DNA of 64,000 nt from an uncultured delta proteobacterium (lineage in GTDB: Bacteria; Desulfobacterota; Binatia; Binatales; Binataceae): the NCBI GenBank assembly GCA_963724765.1, contig CAVRVY010000004.1, positions 384,001 through 448,000 of the forward strand, given 5' to 3'. The notes beneath the pieces were generated by a model. The model ran no database searches and had not been told where the DNA came from. It worked only from the letters and a program-made list of their open reading frames with translations. Positions 19,288-29,185 of this stretch are shown here, piece by piece (the first letter of the stretch is position 1; each line of letters begins with the position of its first letter). Both the position numbers and the translations under genes were made by a program.

Positions 19288-20514
19288 ATGGCGACCAACG
19301 GATTGCGTCACGTACTCGACGGCTACAAGGTGCTCGACTTCACCCAGGTGCTGGCCGGGCCGACGGTTACGCGCCTGATGGCTGAAATGGGCGCGGAGAT
19401 TATCAAGGTGGAACTCGCGCCCGCAGGTGACTTCTCGCGCGGCTTTCCCTACCTCCGCGACGGCCGCAGCGCCTATTACATCCAGCAAAACCGCGGCAAA
19501 AAAAGCCTCTGCGTCGACGCGAAAAAGCCCGAGGGCCACGCGATCTTAGCCGAGCTGGTCGGGAAAGTTGACGTGGTGGTGGAGAACTACGCGCCCGGCG
19601 TGATCAAACGGATGGGTTTCGACTACGATTCGGTGCGCGCGCTCAATCCGCGCGTCATCATGTGTTCGGTCTCGGCCTTCGGCCAGACCGGGCCGCTCTC
19701 CGCCGAGCCCGGCTACGATTACATCGCGCAGGCCTACGCGGCGGTGACCTACATGATCGGCGATCCGAACGGGCCGCCGTCAATCCCGATGCTGGGGCTG
19801 GGCGACGTTTCGACCGGTGCGCACGCGATGGGTGCGATTGTCGCCGCCCTGTTGCATCGCGAGCGCACCGGCGAGGGCCAGTACCTCGACATCTCGATCC
19901 TCGATTCCTACTTCCACTGCCAGGAAATGAACGTCCAGATTTACAGCGCGAGCAACGGCGCCACCAACCCCAAGCGCTCCGGCGTGCATCATCCGCAGAT
20001 TTGCCCGACCGGCGTGTTTCGCGCTCGGGAGGGCTACCTCATCATCATGGCCTTCCTGGACCATCAATGGGCCGCGCTATGCAAGACGATGGGCCGGCCC
20101 GAGCTTATCGACGACCCACGCTACAAGACCAACGCGCTGCGGCTGGAGCATCGCGACGAAGTCGTAAGCGCAATCGAAGCATGGCTTGCCGGCACCGCCA
20201 GCGACGCGGCTGCGATGGAGGCGCTCCGCAAGGTGCGGATTCCGGTCGCCCCCGTATTGTCGATCGACCAGGCCGTCAACCATCCCCATCTGCGCGCGCG
20301 CCAGACCGTGCGCAAAATCAGCGACCCGATTTTCGGCGAGTTCGACGCCCCGGGCTTTCCGCTGCGCTTTTCGGCCTTCCCCGGCTTCCTGCCGCTCACG
20401 GCGCCCACGCTCGGCCAGCACAACCGCGAGGTGCTCAAGAACTATCTCGGCTACAGCCCCGAGCGCATCGCCAGCCTCGAGCAAAGCGGCGTGCTGCAGA
20501 GCGGAAAATGCTGA
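19288..20514 (+). CDS. class III CoA-transferase (CaiB/BaiF)
   Basis: Motifs: VLDFTQVLAGP, GAEIIKVE, NRGKKS, DVVVENY.PG, SAFGQTGP, GYD. Confidence 0.92.
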   Translation: MATNGLRHVLDGYKVLDFTQVLAGPTVTRLMAEMGAEIIKVELAPAGDFSRGFPYLRDGRSAYYIQQNRGKKSLCVDAKKPEGHAILAELVGKVDVVVENYAPGVIKRMGFDYDSVRALNPRVIMCSVSAFGQTGPLSAEPGYDYIAQAYAAVTYMIGDPNGPPSIPMLGLGDVSTGAHAMGAIVAALLHRERTGEGQYLDISILDSYFHCQEMNVQIYSASNGATNPKRSGVHHPQICPTGVFRAREGYLIIMAFLDHQWAALCKTMGRPELIDDPRYKTNALRLEHRDEVVSAIEAWLAGTASDAAAMEALRKVRIPVAPVLSIDQAVNHPHLRARQTVRKISDPIFGEFDAPGFPLRFSAFPGFLPLTAPTLGQHNREVLKNYLGYSPERIASLEQSGVLQSGKC

Positions 20515-20667
20515 ATCGCAACAGCCGGGCCGCGGCGCGTCTTTTGACAGGCCGCGCTGCGAAAGGCCCCGCGAAGAACCAGTGCGATAGCGGCGCGCCA
20601 AGGCTTCCGGCAAAGCGGGTTTCGCGCTACTAATCTGGGGCTCATATAACCATCAAGGAGACTCACA

Positions 20668-20988
20668 ATGCTTTTCATGCTGAAGACGTACATCGCCAAA
20701 CCGGCGAACCTGTCGAACAAGGAGTTCTACACCGTGTGGCGCCAGGAATCCGAGGCGGCACTGGGTGCGGTCAAAGGCGGTGCGATCAAGGGAATCTGGA
20801 AAGTCGCCGGAAAACCGGTAATCATCGCCATCCTCGACCTGCCCAGCGCCGACGACCTCGACCACGCGATACACGCGCTGCCAATCTGGAAGCTCGGCTA
20901 TTCGCAAATCGCTACCGATCTCGAAATCATCCCGCTGCGGCCGTACGAGAATTGGGCCGAGGATCTTAAAGAGCTGTCCAAGGGCTAA
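20668..20988 (+). CDS. muconolactone delta-isomerase family protein
   Basis: 106 aa with ESEAAL...G.IKGIWKVAG, DDLDHAIHALP and EIIPL. AAGGAG RBS. Confidence 0.75.
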   Translation: MLFMLKTYIAKPANLSNKEFYTVWRQESEAALGAVKGGAIKGIWKVAGKPVIIAILDLPSADDLDHAIHALPIWKLGYSQIATDLEIIPLRPYENWAEDLKELSKG

Positions 20989-21108
20989 CTCGGATTCGGC
21001 GGGACTGCGCGCGCTAACGCATAACGCCGGTCCGGGCCGCGTCGAACAGGGCCGTCCCACCAAAGGGACGGCCGCAACCGCAGCCGCAGTCTCAATCAAG
21101 GAGCAATC

Positions 21109-22179
21109 GTGAACTTTGGCTTCATTCTGTTTTTCCGCAATCCGCCGCCGGCCAAGGTCTCCTTCGCCGAACTCTATCGCAAGGAAATCGATCTTGCGGT
21201 CGCCGCCGAAGAACTCGGCTACGACACCGTGTGGCTGAGCGAGCACCATTTCGTCGACGACGGCTATTCGCCGTCACTGCTGCCGATCGCGGCGGCGATC
21301 GCCGCGCGCACGAAAAAGATTCGCATCGGCACCTTCGTAATGCTGCTGCCGCTGCACAACGCGCTGCGCGTGGCCGAAGATGCCGCCACCGTCGATCTCA
21401 TTTCCAACGGCCGATTGGACCTCGGCCTGGGCCAAGGCTACCGCGTGCCGGAGTTCGTCGGCTTCAACATCCCGCGCAACGAACGTGGTCCGCGTTTGGA
21501 GGAAGGCACCGAGGTCATCCGGCGCGTATGGACCGAGCGCAACGTCACGATGGACGGGCGCTTCAACAAGCTCACCAACGTGACCGTAATCCCCGGCCCG
21601 GTGCAGAAGCCGCATCCGCCGCTCTGGCTCGCCGCGCGCGGACCGAAGTCGATCGGGCGCGCAGCGCGCAACGGCTACCATTTCATGGGCACCGGCGGGG
21701 TTGACCAGCAGCAGATGTACGACGCGGCGCTCAAGGAGCATGGCCGCGACCCCGAGGACTTCAGCATCGCGCAGCTACGGACCGTCTTCGTCGCCCCCAA
21801 GCACGACAAGGCCTGGGACGACGCCGAAGCCGGCGCGCACTACATGATGAGCTGCTACGGCAAGTGGTTCGTCGAGGCCAACGATCTTCCCGGCGACAAG
21901 GCGTTCGGCACCAACCTGCCGCCGATCGGCAAGTTGCGCCACTCGGAGACCGCTTCGCTATTTGGCGAGTCGATGCTGATCGGCACTCCCGACGAAGCGA
22001 TCGGCGGAATCGAGGACTACTTGAGCCGCACGCGCGTCACCCACCTGGTGGCGGCGATGGACCTGCCGGGGATGGATCCGCGCAAGGTGCGTCGCGGGAT
22101 GGAGTTGTTTGCCAAAGAGGTGATGCCTCACTTTCGCCGCAAGTCGCGCAAGCAGGTGAAGAAGGCGAAGAAGAAGTAA
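21109..22179 (+). CDS. LLM-class flavin-dependent oxidoreductase
   Basis: Motifs: AEELGYDTVWLSEHHF..DGYSPS, LPLHNALRVAEDAATVD, SNGRLDLGLGQGY, PVQKPHPPLW. Confidence 0.92.
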   Translation: MNFGFILFFRNPPPAKVSFAELYRKEIDLAVAAEELGYDTVWLSEHHFVDDGYSPSLLPIAAAIAARTKKIRIGTFVMLLPLHNALRVAEDAATVDLISNGRLDLGLGQGYRVPEFVGFNIPRNERGPRLEEGTEVIRRVWTERNVTMDGRFNKLTNVTVIPGPVQKPHPPLWLAARGPKSIGRAARNGYHFMGTGGVDQQQMYDAALKEHGRDPEDFSIAQLRTVFVAPKHDKAWDDAEAGAHYMMSCYGKWFVEANDLPGDKAFGTNLPPIGKLRHSETASLFGESMLIGTPDEAIGGIEDYLSRTRVTHLVAAMDLPGMDPRKVRRGMELFAKEVMPHFRRKSRKQVKKAKKK

Positions 22180-22184
22180 GCGTC

Positions 22185-22601
22185 ATGCATCGTTTCGCCC
22201 GTATCATCGCGATCCTGAGCGCCCTGCTCTGTATGGCGGCCTGCCAGGCCGCCGTACGGCAGCAGGAACAGAAGAAGGCAGAAATCCACTTTTTCAACGC
22301 TACCGTTGACCGCCAGCGCATCCTGATCTCAACCGGCGATCTGAGTAATCCGCACGAAAAACTCGGCGACCTCAGCTACACCGAGCCGCTCAACGCGGAC
22401 AACATCGACAGTAGTCATATCAACGACAAGCTGCGCCAGATGGCGATCGATAAGTGGGGCACCCAGGTCGACGCACTACTCGACGTGAAGAGCACGCCCA
22501 ACGCCGACGCTACGATGATAACGGCCTCATGCGTGGCCGTGAGAGTCATCGGCGACTGCGATTTCTGCCGCCACAACTACACCCCGGAAGAGATCAAGTA
22601 G
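22185..22601 (+). CDS. putative lipoprotein (YbjQ/RcsF-like fold)
   Basis: MHRFARIIAILSALLCMAAC lipobox. Contains KLRQMAIDKWGTQVDALLDV...ASCVAVR and a C-terminal CDFC. Confidence 0.65.
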   Translation: MHRFARIIAILSALLCMAACQAAVRQQEQKKAEIHFFNATVDRQRILISTGDLSNPHEKLGDLSYTEPLNADNIDSSHINDKLRQMAIDKWGTQVDALLDVKSTPNADATMITASCVAVRVIGDCDFCRHNYTPEEIK

Positions 22602-22635
22602 CCTGATCGAATCGCATCGACCGCTGTAAACAACA

Positions 22636-22677
22636 ACGCGCGACGAGTAACGGACAACCCGCCCTCGTCGCGCGTCT
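22636..22677. terminator. hairpin between convergent genes
   Basis: ACGCGCGACGAG...CTCGTCGCGCGT forms a 12-bp inverted repeat. Confidence 0.45.
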
Positions 22678-22704
22678 GAGTAAACGCCGCGCCTTGTGCG
22701 AGCG

Positions 22705-23538
22705 CTACTTGATCTTGTGCAGCACCGGCATCAGGTACTTCTTGAACGTCACCGGATTCTCGGACATCGGAAAGTGCCCGATCTCTTCCATGATGATGCA
22801 CTCGGCGTTGCGCACCTTTTTCGCGGTCTTCTGAGACATCTCGGGCGTGCAGGCGAAGTCATAGACGCCGGTCATGAAGTACAGCGGTATCTTGCCGGAG
22901 ATTTTCTCGCAATCCTCGCGAAAGTCATGATCGACGCTGTAGAAATACAAGTCGCCCTTGAAGATCCCGGGACCGCCCTGTGAGTAGTACCACCAGGTTT
23001 CCTGGCGATACTCGAACGGGCTCTGCGGCGCCATCAGCCCGTTGATCGCCGTGGCGCAGGCCTCGCCGCCGTGGATCTGCGCGTGCCACAGCCAGTCGAG
23101 CCACCATCCCGGCGAATAGTCACACGCTTCGATCGCGATGAGCGCGCGGAAGTAGTCGCTATAGCGTTGCGCCAGGTGCAGACAGATGTTGCCACCCATC
23201 GAACTGCCCATCACCACCGGCCGATCGAGATCGAGCTCGCGGCACAGCGCGACCACGAAGTCCGCGTAGAACTGGGCCGTAAGCTTGTACTCCTCTTTCC
23301 ACCAGCCCTTTGGAGGAATCGACTTGCCGTGGCGCGGGAGGTCGAAAGCGATCACGTGGAAGCGCTCGCTGATTTCCGGATCGTTGAGCTGATGGCGCCA
23401 TTCGCGTGAATCGGTGCCCGCGGTGTGCAGGCAGACCAGCGGAATGCCCTTGCCGGATTCCTCGTAGAAAATCCGGTACTCCTCGCCCTCGAACGGAACA
23501 TGAATATAGTGCCCGGTTACCGGCTCTATTTTTGCCAT
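22705..23538 (-). CDS. alpha/beta hydrolase
   Basis: Motifs: LHTAG, FDLPRHGKS, nucleophile GSSMGG, GHFPMSENP. Confidence 0.88.
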   Translation of the reverse strand: MAKIEPVTGHYIHVPFEGEEYRIFYEESGKGIPLVCLHTAGTDSREWRHQLNDPEISERFHVIAFDLPRHGKSIPPKGWWKEEYKLTAQFYADFVVALCRELDLDRPVVMGSSMGGNICLHLAQRYSDYFRALIAIEACDYSPGWWLDWLWHAQIHGGEACATAINGLMAPQSPFEYRQETWWYYSQGGPGIFKGDLYFYSVDHDFREDCEKISGKIPLYFMTGVYDFACTPEMSQKTAKKVRNAECIIMEEIGHFPMSENPVTFKKYLMPVLHKIK

Positions 23539-23552
23539 GTCAGTGCGCCCCC

Positions 23553-23942
23553 CTATTCCTTGACCGCGCGCATCAGGTCAAGGGCCCATGCGAACGCCCG
23601 CAGGTTCTGCCACATCACCTTCACGTCGCCCTCGATTTTGAGGCGGCCGTGCAGTGTGTGCGACATCGCGATGATGTCGTTGTACATCGGAGGAGGAATC
23701 GGCTGCACGAACTTGGCCCAGGTCTCGGCGGGCGCCCGCAGCGCGAACTGGTAGGCGCTCTCGCCACCAATCTCGTGCTCCACGCGGTTGATCGCGCCGC
23801 GCTCGAAGCTCACGACGTAGGCATGCGGCCCGAACTCGAGCATCACGTCGGCGTTGAAGTGACGGCCCAACAGGCGCGCGACACTGTCCTGGTTGACCAT
23901 CTTCTGCCAACGCTCCACCCATCGAACATCAAAGGCAGGCAT
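23553..23942 (-). CDS. SCP2-like sterol/lipid-binding domain protein
   Basis: 129 aa with FALRAPAETWAKF and GRLKIEGD, typical of the SCP2 fold. GGAGG RBS. Confidence 0.6.
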   Translation of the reverse strand: MPAFDVRWVERWQKMVNQDSVARLLGRHFNADVMLEFGPHAYVVSFERGAINRVEHEIGGESAYQFALRAPAETWAKFVQPIPPPMYNDIIAMSHTLHGRLKIEGDVKVMWQNLRAFAWALDLMRAVKE

Positions 23943-24074
23943 AGCTTTCCTCCCTGTGGGTTGTAAGCCAATTCATAACGCATCGGTGCGTCATCGCTCA
24001 AGAGCAGGGCCAAATACCGGGCCGAACGGCCGTGCGCGGCGCAGCGTCGCCCTTTTCCTCCGCGGGCGCGGGGC

Positions 24075-24114
24075 AAAAAAAAGCCCCGCCGGGTCCCGAA
24101 GGACCCGGCGGGGC
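24075..24114 (-). terminator. rho-independent terminator of the YCF48-RND-DUF1302-HEAT-DUF1329 operon
   Basis: Minus strand: GCCCCGCCGGGTCC-TTCG-GGACCCGGCGGGGC-T8. Confidence 0.9.
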
Positions 24115-24123
24115 ATGGCCTGT

Positions 24124-25590
24124 CTAGCGATGGACCTGTTCGAGACTATTGATGTCGAAAAGCTTCTCGGACTCGGCCCCCTTCACGTTGGGGAATCCAC
24201 CCGGAACGATCCAGATGGTTCCGCGATCGTTCTGCACGTCGAGCACCTGGACCGACTGAAACTCGGTCGAGTAGGCGCCCTTGTTGATGGCTTCCTGCCA
24301 ATCACCCTTGAAGCTCTCGCTCCACTTCTTCTGGAATTCCCAGACCTTCCAGAGCTTGTCCTTGTGGTCGAAGGCTTCCATCAGCCACGCGTCGTAGTTC
24401 TGCGAATCCCAATCCTCCACCACGCTCTTGTAAGGATGACGCTCGGAGGTGGGCGTGCGCTCCATGACCGCGAAGCGGCGCATCGTCCACGTATCATTCG
24501 GGATGATCCCATTGGGCCCGTATAGATAAGTGTACTCGTGCGAGGAATCGACGACGGCAAGCTGGTCCTTCCATCCGAGGAAGCGCCAGTGCCACTCGAG
24601 TTCACGGCCGGAGAAGCTGTAGAAATCCTCCAGCGTATGGTCGGTGCCCAGCAGCGAGTCCGACTTGACCTCGGCCGAAATACGCCGCACGCGCCGCAGA
24701 TTGGGGATGTATGCCCATCCATCGTCTTCGCGATGCGGATCGGCGTAGCGGTAGATGATGAATGCGGTGCCGCGGATATCAAACGGTGAGAAGAAGCCCG
24801 TGAACTCCTTGAACTCGAAATTCGACGCACCAGGCGCCGGCAAGGTATGGTTCTCCAGCATCGCGAGGTGGGTATAGTACAGGCGCTTGTAGAATGCACT
24901 CAGGGTGCGCTGGAAGCTGCCGCCGCCACCATAGATCAACTTCATCTCGTCGGCCGAGGGCACCGAGTAATTCAGATTCGAGAGACCCGCATTCGATAGC
25001 CAGTCCGCCGGAGCATCCTCCCACTTCGGAATCTCGTGCGTGCCGCCGAAGCGATCCCACGTGGCCGGCGGAATCGTAAACAGGCCGAAATTCTGCCAGC
25101 GGTATTCGTAATTCCACGCAGCTTTCCATCCGGCATCCGGGTCGGTCGTGTTGAGAGCCGAATTCGGGAAGGGCTGGCCACAGACGTAGTTGGCCATCGT
25201 ATGATCCGGCTGCAGGCGAACCTGGCTCTGGTATTTCTCCGTGCAAGCCATGTAGTCCTTGCGCGGAGTGTGATCCACGGGCGCAGCGATCGTCATTTTG
25301 AACTCAGGAAAATTGAACTGCTCTACGTAGCCAGGAAAAACAAACGGGCGCATCCGCTCGATGTCTTTGGCGGTGAGCACATCGCCGACCTTGAAGTCGG
25401 GCTTAGCATCCTTGTATTTGGCCAGCCACTCGTCAAACGTGGCCCGAGTATAACTCTTGACGTCCTGGGCCCTCGCGGTACCCCCGCCAAAGCAAAGACC
25501 GGCTGCCGCCACCAGGAACGCCAATGCCATGCACCATAGGCTCCCGGCGCGTCCCCCATGCGGCTTTAAATTACGTCGCATAATGCTCAT
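24124..25590 (-). CDS. DUF1329 (LolA-like, AupB-type) periplasmic protein
   Basis: Signal peptide (ARA-QD). Motifs: GQPFP, KAAWN, SPFDIRGTA, DDGWAYIPNLRRVRR, DSLLGTD, HPYKS, D.KDKLWK. GGAGGAG RBS. Confidence 0.85.
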   Translation of the reverse strand: MSIMRRNLKPHGGRAGSLWCMALAFLVAAAGLCFGGGTARAQDVKSYTRATFDEWLAKYKDAKPDFKVGDVLTAKDIERMRPFVFPGYVEQFNFPEFKMTIAAPVDHTPRKDYMACTEKYQSQVRLQPDHTMANYVCGQPFPNSALNTTDPDAGWKAAWNYEYRWQNFGLFTIPPATWDRFGGTHEIPKWEDAPADWLSNAGLSNLNYSVPSADEMKLIYGGGGSFQRTLSAFYKRLYYTHLAMLENHTLPAPGASNFEFKEFTGFFSPFDIRGTAFIIYRYADPHREDDGWAYIPNLRRVRRISAEVKSDSLLGTDHTLEDFYSFSGRELEWHWRFLGWKDQLAVVDSSHEYTYLYGPNGIIPNDTWTMRRFAVMERTPTSERHPYKSVVEDWDSQNYDAWLMEAFDHKDKLWKVWEFQKKWSESFKGDWQEAINKGAYSTEFQSVQVLDVQNDRGTIWIVPGGFPNVKGAESEKLFDINSLEQVHR

Positions 25591-25696
25591 CTCCTCCCGT
25601 TTGGTTGTCCCTTTTGTCAGTTTCTTCCCCGTGGGGACCGTCAACGCTTATTATTTATAACGCTTCGTCCCGACGCTTTGTTCCGTCTGTTCAGTC

Positions 25697-27085
25697 TCAG
25701 CGGCTACCTAGCCGCTTGCCTCCTAACAAATGCATCGCCGTGTGGTCCAAACCGTCGGCTGCCGTGTACCGTACCGCGGGGTCAGTCTCCTGGACCATCG
25801 CGAGCAGCATCACGATCCCGTTGGGGCTCCCGATGCGTCCCAGTGACCAGGCGATATCCGCGCGGGTAATGGGGTCTTTGCTCTCGCGCAACAGCGCGCC
25901 GAGCAGTTCAACCTCGGGGTTGCCGCCGGCGGTACCGAGCGTCTTGACCGCCGCCAACTGAACGTCAGAATCGGACGACGATAGCGCCTCTACCAGAATC
26001 GGATGACCGGCATCAAAGGCTATATCGTCGAAAAGTTGCGCCGCATGCCTTCGCGTGACCTGATCGCTGTCGTGGATCGCGCCTCTCATATAAGCGATCC
26101 CGCCGGGATCGTTGTAATGAGTCAATGCTGCGGCCGCACCGATTCTGACGTCGATATTCTGGTCGGTCAGAGCCTGCCTGAGCAGCGGCAAGCTGGCCGG
26201 ATCATGCGCGTATCCCAAAGCAACCGCGGCCATCGCCCGCGCGTTGCCTTCGGAATGGTCGTTCAACGTGGCGCGCAGCATTCCTACGCCAGAATTATCG
26301 CCCAACAGCAGAAGCGCCTCCGCCGCCGTCACTCGGTCGAAAACTTGCCCCTTGGCCAATGCCAGCTTCAGCAACGGCACCGCATCGCGATCGCCTAGCC
26401 GGCCGAGAGCTTTCAACGCCGCCGCCCGCAGCGTGGGGTCAGTCTGCCTGGCGGCGTCGCTCAAGACGCTGATTGCGCTCGGGTCGGTTGCCGATGACAA
26501 TGCATTGACGATGAACCTGCGGTCCAGTATCTCTCCGTGAAAATAAAGATGCTTCAGGATCGCGACCGCCGTGTGGTCACCATCCTCACCCAAGCCGTCC
26601 GCCACCGCCATTTTTACGCTGAGGTCAGGATTGGTCTGGAAGGTATTGGCCAGCATCTGGAGCGCTTCGTTCTCGCCGCCCTCGGCGAGCGCACTGGCCG
26701 CATAGCACTGTTCGAAAAGGTCGGGCTCCTTGAGCCCTCGCTGCAGGACGATAATCGAAAACTGCCTGAGCGCAATCAGGCCCGACTCGTGGTCAAAGCG
26801 GTAGGTTGTATTGAGTTTGTTGGTCGCCTGGACGAGCTTGCCGCTCACGACCAAATTGCGAATCGCGATCATCGACGGATCGGTGATCGCTACCGTCCAG
26901 CGCTCGCGCGCGCGCCTCTGAATTAGCGCATTCGCACCAAGGATCAGTGCGACCACGGCGACCAGCGCCGTCGCCCATACTTTCAGTCCCCGCGACGAAA
27001 GCCATGCTGGCAGCCTAAATTCCGTGGCACTATCTCCGTTTGAAGTTCCGGGGCCCGGCGAACCGGGCCCCGGAACCTGTTTCAT
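25697..27085 (-). CDS. membrane-anchored HEAT/PBS-lyase repeat protein
   Basis: One N-terminal TM segment (ATALVAVVALILGANALI), then roughly ten repeats such as DPTLRAAALKALGRLG, NIDVRIGAAAAL and DPAVRYTAADGL. Confidence 0.82.
   Translation of the reverse strand: MKQVPGPGSPGPGTSNGDSATEFRLPAWLSSRGLKVWATALVAVVALILGANALIQRRARERWTVAITDPSMIAIRNLVVSGKLVQATNKLNTTYRFDHESGLIALRQFSIIVLQRGLKEPDLFEQCYAASALAEGGENEALQMLANTFQTNPDLSVKMAVADGLGEDGDHTAVAILKHLYFHGEILDRRFIVNALSSATDPSAISVLSDAARQTDPTLRAAALKALGRLGDRDAVPLLKLALAKGQVFDRVTAAEALLLLGDNSGVGMLRATLNDHSEGNARAMAAVALGYAHDPASLPLLRQALTDQNIDVRIGAAAALTHYNDPGGIAYMRGAIHDSDQVTRRHAAQLFDDIAFDAGHPILVEALSSSDSDVQLAAVKTLGTAGGNPEVELLGALLRESKDPITRADIAWSLGRIGSPNGIVMLLAMVQETDPAVRYTAADGLDHTAMHLLGGKRLGSR
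27045..27076 (-). promoter_or_regulatory. 14-bp perfect stem with TTCG loop inside the 5' end of the HEAT gene
   Basis: GTTCCGGGGCCCGG-TTCG-CCGGGCCCCGGAAC, with no U-tract. Confidence 0.7.
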
Positions 27086-27094
27086 CCGATCAAC

Positions 27095-29185
27095 CTAGAA
27101 GCGGTACCGTATGCGAGTCCAGAATTCGTCGTCCATGTTTTTCTGACCGCCGCCCGCCCCCGAGCGCGCAGGACCGAAGATGTCGGGGCTGAACGGTGCG
27201 TCTGCGGCCGTCGTGTGGCCCGCCTGGAAGACCGCGTTCGGTCCGAGGTTCTGTAGCATCGTTTTGCCGAGGAAGGCGTCAACCCCGATCGAAGCCGACC
27301 AATGGTCGTTGATTAGCCACTCATTGTTGCCGCCGATCGTCGCGTCGGTGCCCTCGGTCCCATACGCCGCGAAGACGAGCGGGATGATCTGGTCGCGATA
27401 GTAGTGCGTCTGGGTGAACGCGGTGAAGGTGAAGTCGTTCGTGCCAGTGACCAGTCCGGTCTTGCCGCCTTGTTCGCTATGCGCGCCAGGATAGTAAGTC
27501 TCGAACACCTGGAAGCTGCTGAAGAAAGTGCGATCCGCGTTCAGGAACTTGATGAAGTGCGGACGATCGAAGCCAACAACGTACTGCATGATGTCGTTGT
27601 TGGTCGTCCAGTCGAGTGAATTGGTGTCATTGAGGAGCGCGTTGTGCGTCCACGACGACTCGACGCGGATGACTACGCCGCTCCACGGCTCGAAGTAGTC
27701 AGCCGACAAGCCCAGCGTGTTGTCCTTGTGATAATTGATTTCCGCGCCGCCGCCGAAAGTGCAGTCGTTCAGGAAAGTATACGGATTCACGTTCTTGGCC
27801 AGATGAATCCACCGCGCCTGAGTCGCGATAATTGCCGCACCGCCGCCGCCCGCTCCATAAAAGCCTGGATAGCCCTTAGTGATATTGGCGAGCTTGGAGC
27901 AGTTCACGCCCGATTGCGCGAAATTACTGCCGCTGGAGATCCCGCCGTGGCCATTACCAATGACCTGAAGCGTATTCAGGGTGAACACCGGCGTTTGCGC
28001 GATGGCGTACCAATCGGTCAGCGCGAAGCGAATCGACGGGTGCGGAAGCTGGAAGTCCCACTTCATGCCGATGCCGCTGTTCTTTATGTTCCAGTTGGGC
28101 AGGTTTTCGCGGTTCAGACCGAAATTGACATGGTTGGGGTTACAGACCGTCGGAGTGCTGCTCCCACCGCACAGTCCGGCGTCGAACAGGCTGTTGTCAA
28201 ACGCGAAGGCCTTTTTCTGATCGCCGAAGTTCACTGCCCAAGGCTGGCCGCCCACACCCAATCCAACCGGATTGAACGTATCAAAGTTCCATACCAGGTT
28301 GCCCGCTACATCCTGCATGCCCAGCACGTCGCCAAAGCGATGCTGCAACCAGGCCGCAAGCTGTGGGATTCGAGTGTCTTCGAAGGGCTCGATGAAAAAG
28401 TGCTGCCCGAAGTCCACCGGATTGACGATGTCCTGAAGACGGAAGAAGTCGGCCTTGCCCCATACGACCTGTTGCTTGCCAAGTCGCAGCAGGTTGGATC
28501 CGAAGAAGTCCCACCGGAAGTCCAGGTAGGCTTCGCGATCGGGGTAGTAGTATTGATTGCTGTCGTCGCGCTCGAAACGCAGATTGTCGACCGACTGCGT
28601 TGCGTTAAAGCAACTCCAGCAAGAGGTCGCAACTCCGTTTATGACGCGGTAGTCGCTGATGTTAAAGCCCACTGGCTCCGGGAACTCCAGATTACGCGCG
28701 ACCACACCCTTGAAGCGCTTGGGGTTGTAGCCGAACGCCTTGAGCAGCCCCAAACCGGCGGTTTGCCCAGTGCTGGCAAACGGCGAGACGCCGATGCCTG
28801 AGAATCCGGTCGTGTGATTGCCGAAGCGGTCCGACACGAGATCATATGCGCCTTCGTAGCCCGGCCGGATTTCGGCGAAGTAGTTCACCGAGAGCCCCGT
28901 CCCCAATGGTACGCCGATCACGGTGGGCAAGGTGGCGTCCTTGATGATCTGACCCGAAGGCTGCAAATCGATACGATTGCGGATCGACGCCACATTGTAA
29001 TCGCTTACAAAAGTATTGCTACGGATGATTTCTTGATTCTCCAGGTAGCCGTGGAGCTCAAAGCTGTCCTCCAGGTTTTGCGCAATTCCCTGCTGCGCGA
29101 AGGCGGGGCCGCCCACCATCACCGCGAGCGCCGCCACCAAGCCCAACAGCCATACCCGCTCTTTGCTTTTCCAACCTACATTCAT
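27095..29185 (-). CDS. DUF1302 (AupA-type) outer-membrane beta-barrel protein
   Basis: Signal peptide (AFA-QQ). Motifs: REAYLD, LRLGKQQVVWGKAD.FR..D.VNP.D, EDTRIP. Ends in the beta-signal RIRYRF. Confidence 0.85.
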   Translation of the reverse strand: MNVGWKSKERVWLLGLVAALAVMVGGPAFAQQGIAQNLEDSFELHGYLENQEIIRSNTFVSDYNVASIRNRIDLQPSGQIIKDATLPTVIGVPLGTGLSVNYFAEIRPGYEGAYDLVSDRFGNHTTGFSGIGVSPFASTGQTAGLGLLKAFGYNPKRFKGVVARNLEFPEPVGFNISDYRVINGVATSCWSCFNATQSVDNLRFERDDSNQYYYPDREAYLDFRWDFFGSNLLRLGKQQVVWGKADFFRLQDIVNPVDFGQHFFIEPFEDTRIPQLAAWLQHRFGDVLGMQDVAGNLVWNFDTFNPVGLGVGGQPWAVNFGDQKKAFAFDNSLFDAGLCGGSSTPTVCNPNHVNFGLNRENLPNWNIKNSGIGMKWDFQLPHPSIRFALTDWYAIAQTPVFTLNTLQVIGNGHGGISSGSNFAQSGVNCSKLANITKGYPGFYGAGGGGAAIIATQARWIHLAKNVNPYTFLNDCTFGGGAEINYHKDNTLGLSADYFEPWSGVVIRVESSWTHNALLNDTNSLDWTTNNDIMQYVVGFDRPHFIKFLNADRTFFSSFQVFETYYPGAHSEQGGKTGLVTGTNDFTFTAFTQTHYYRDQIIPLVFAAYGTEGTDATIGGNNEWLINDHWSASIGVDAFLGKTMLQNLGPNAVFQAGHTTAADAPFSPDIFGPARSGAGGGQKNMDDEFWTRIRYRF

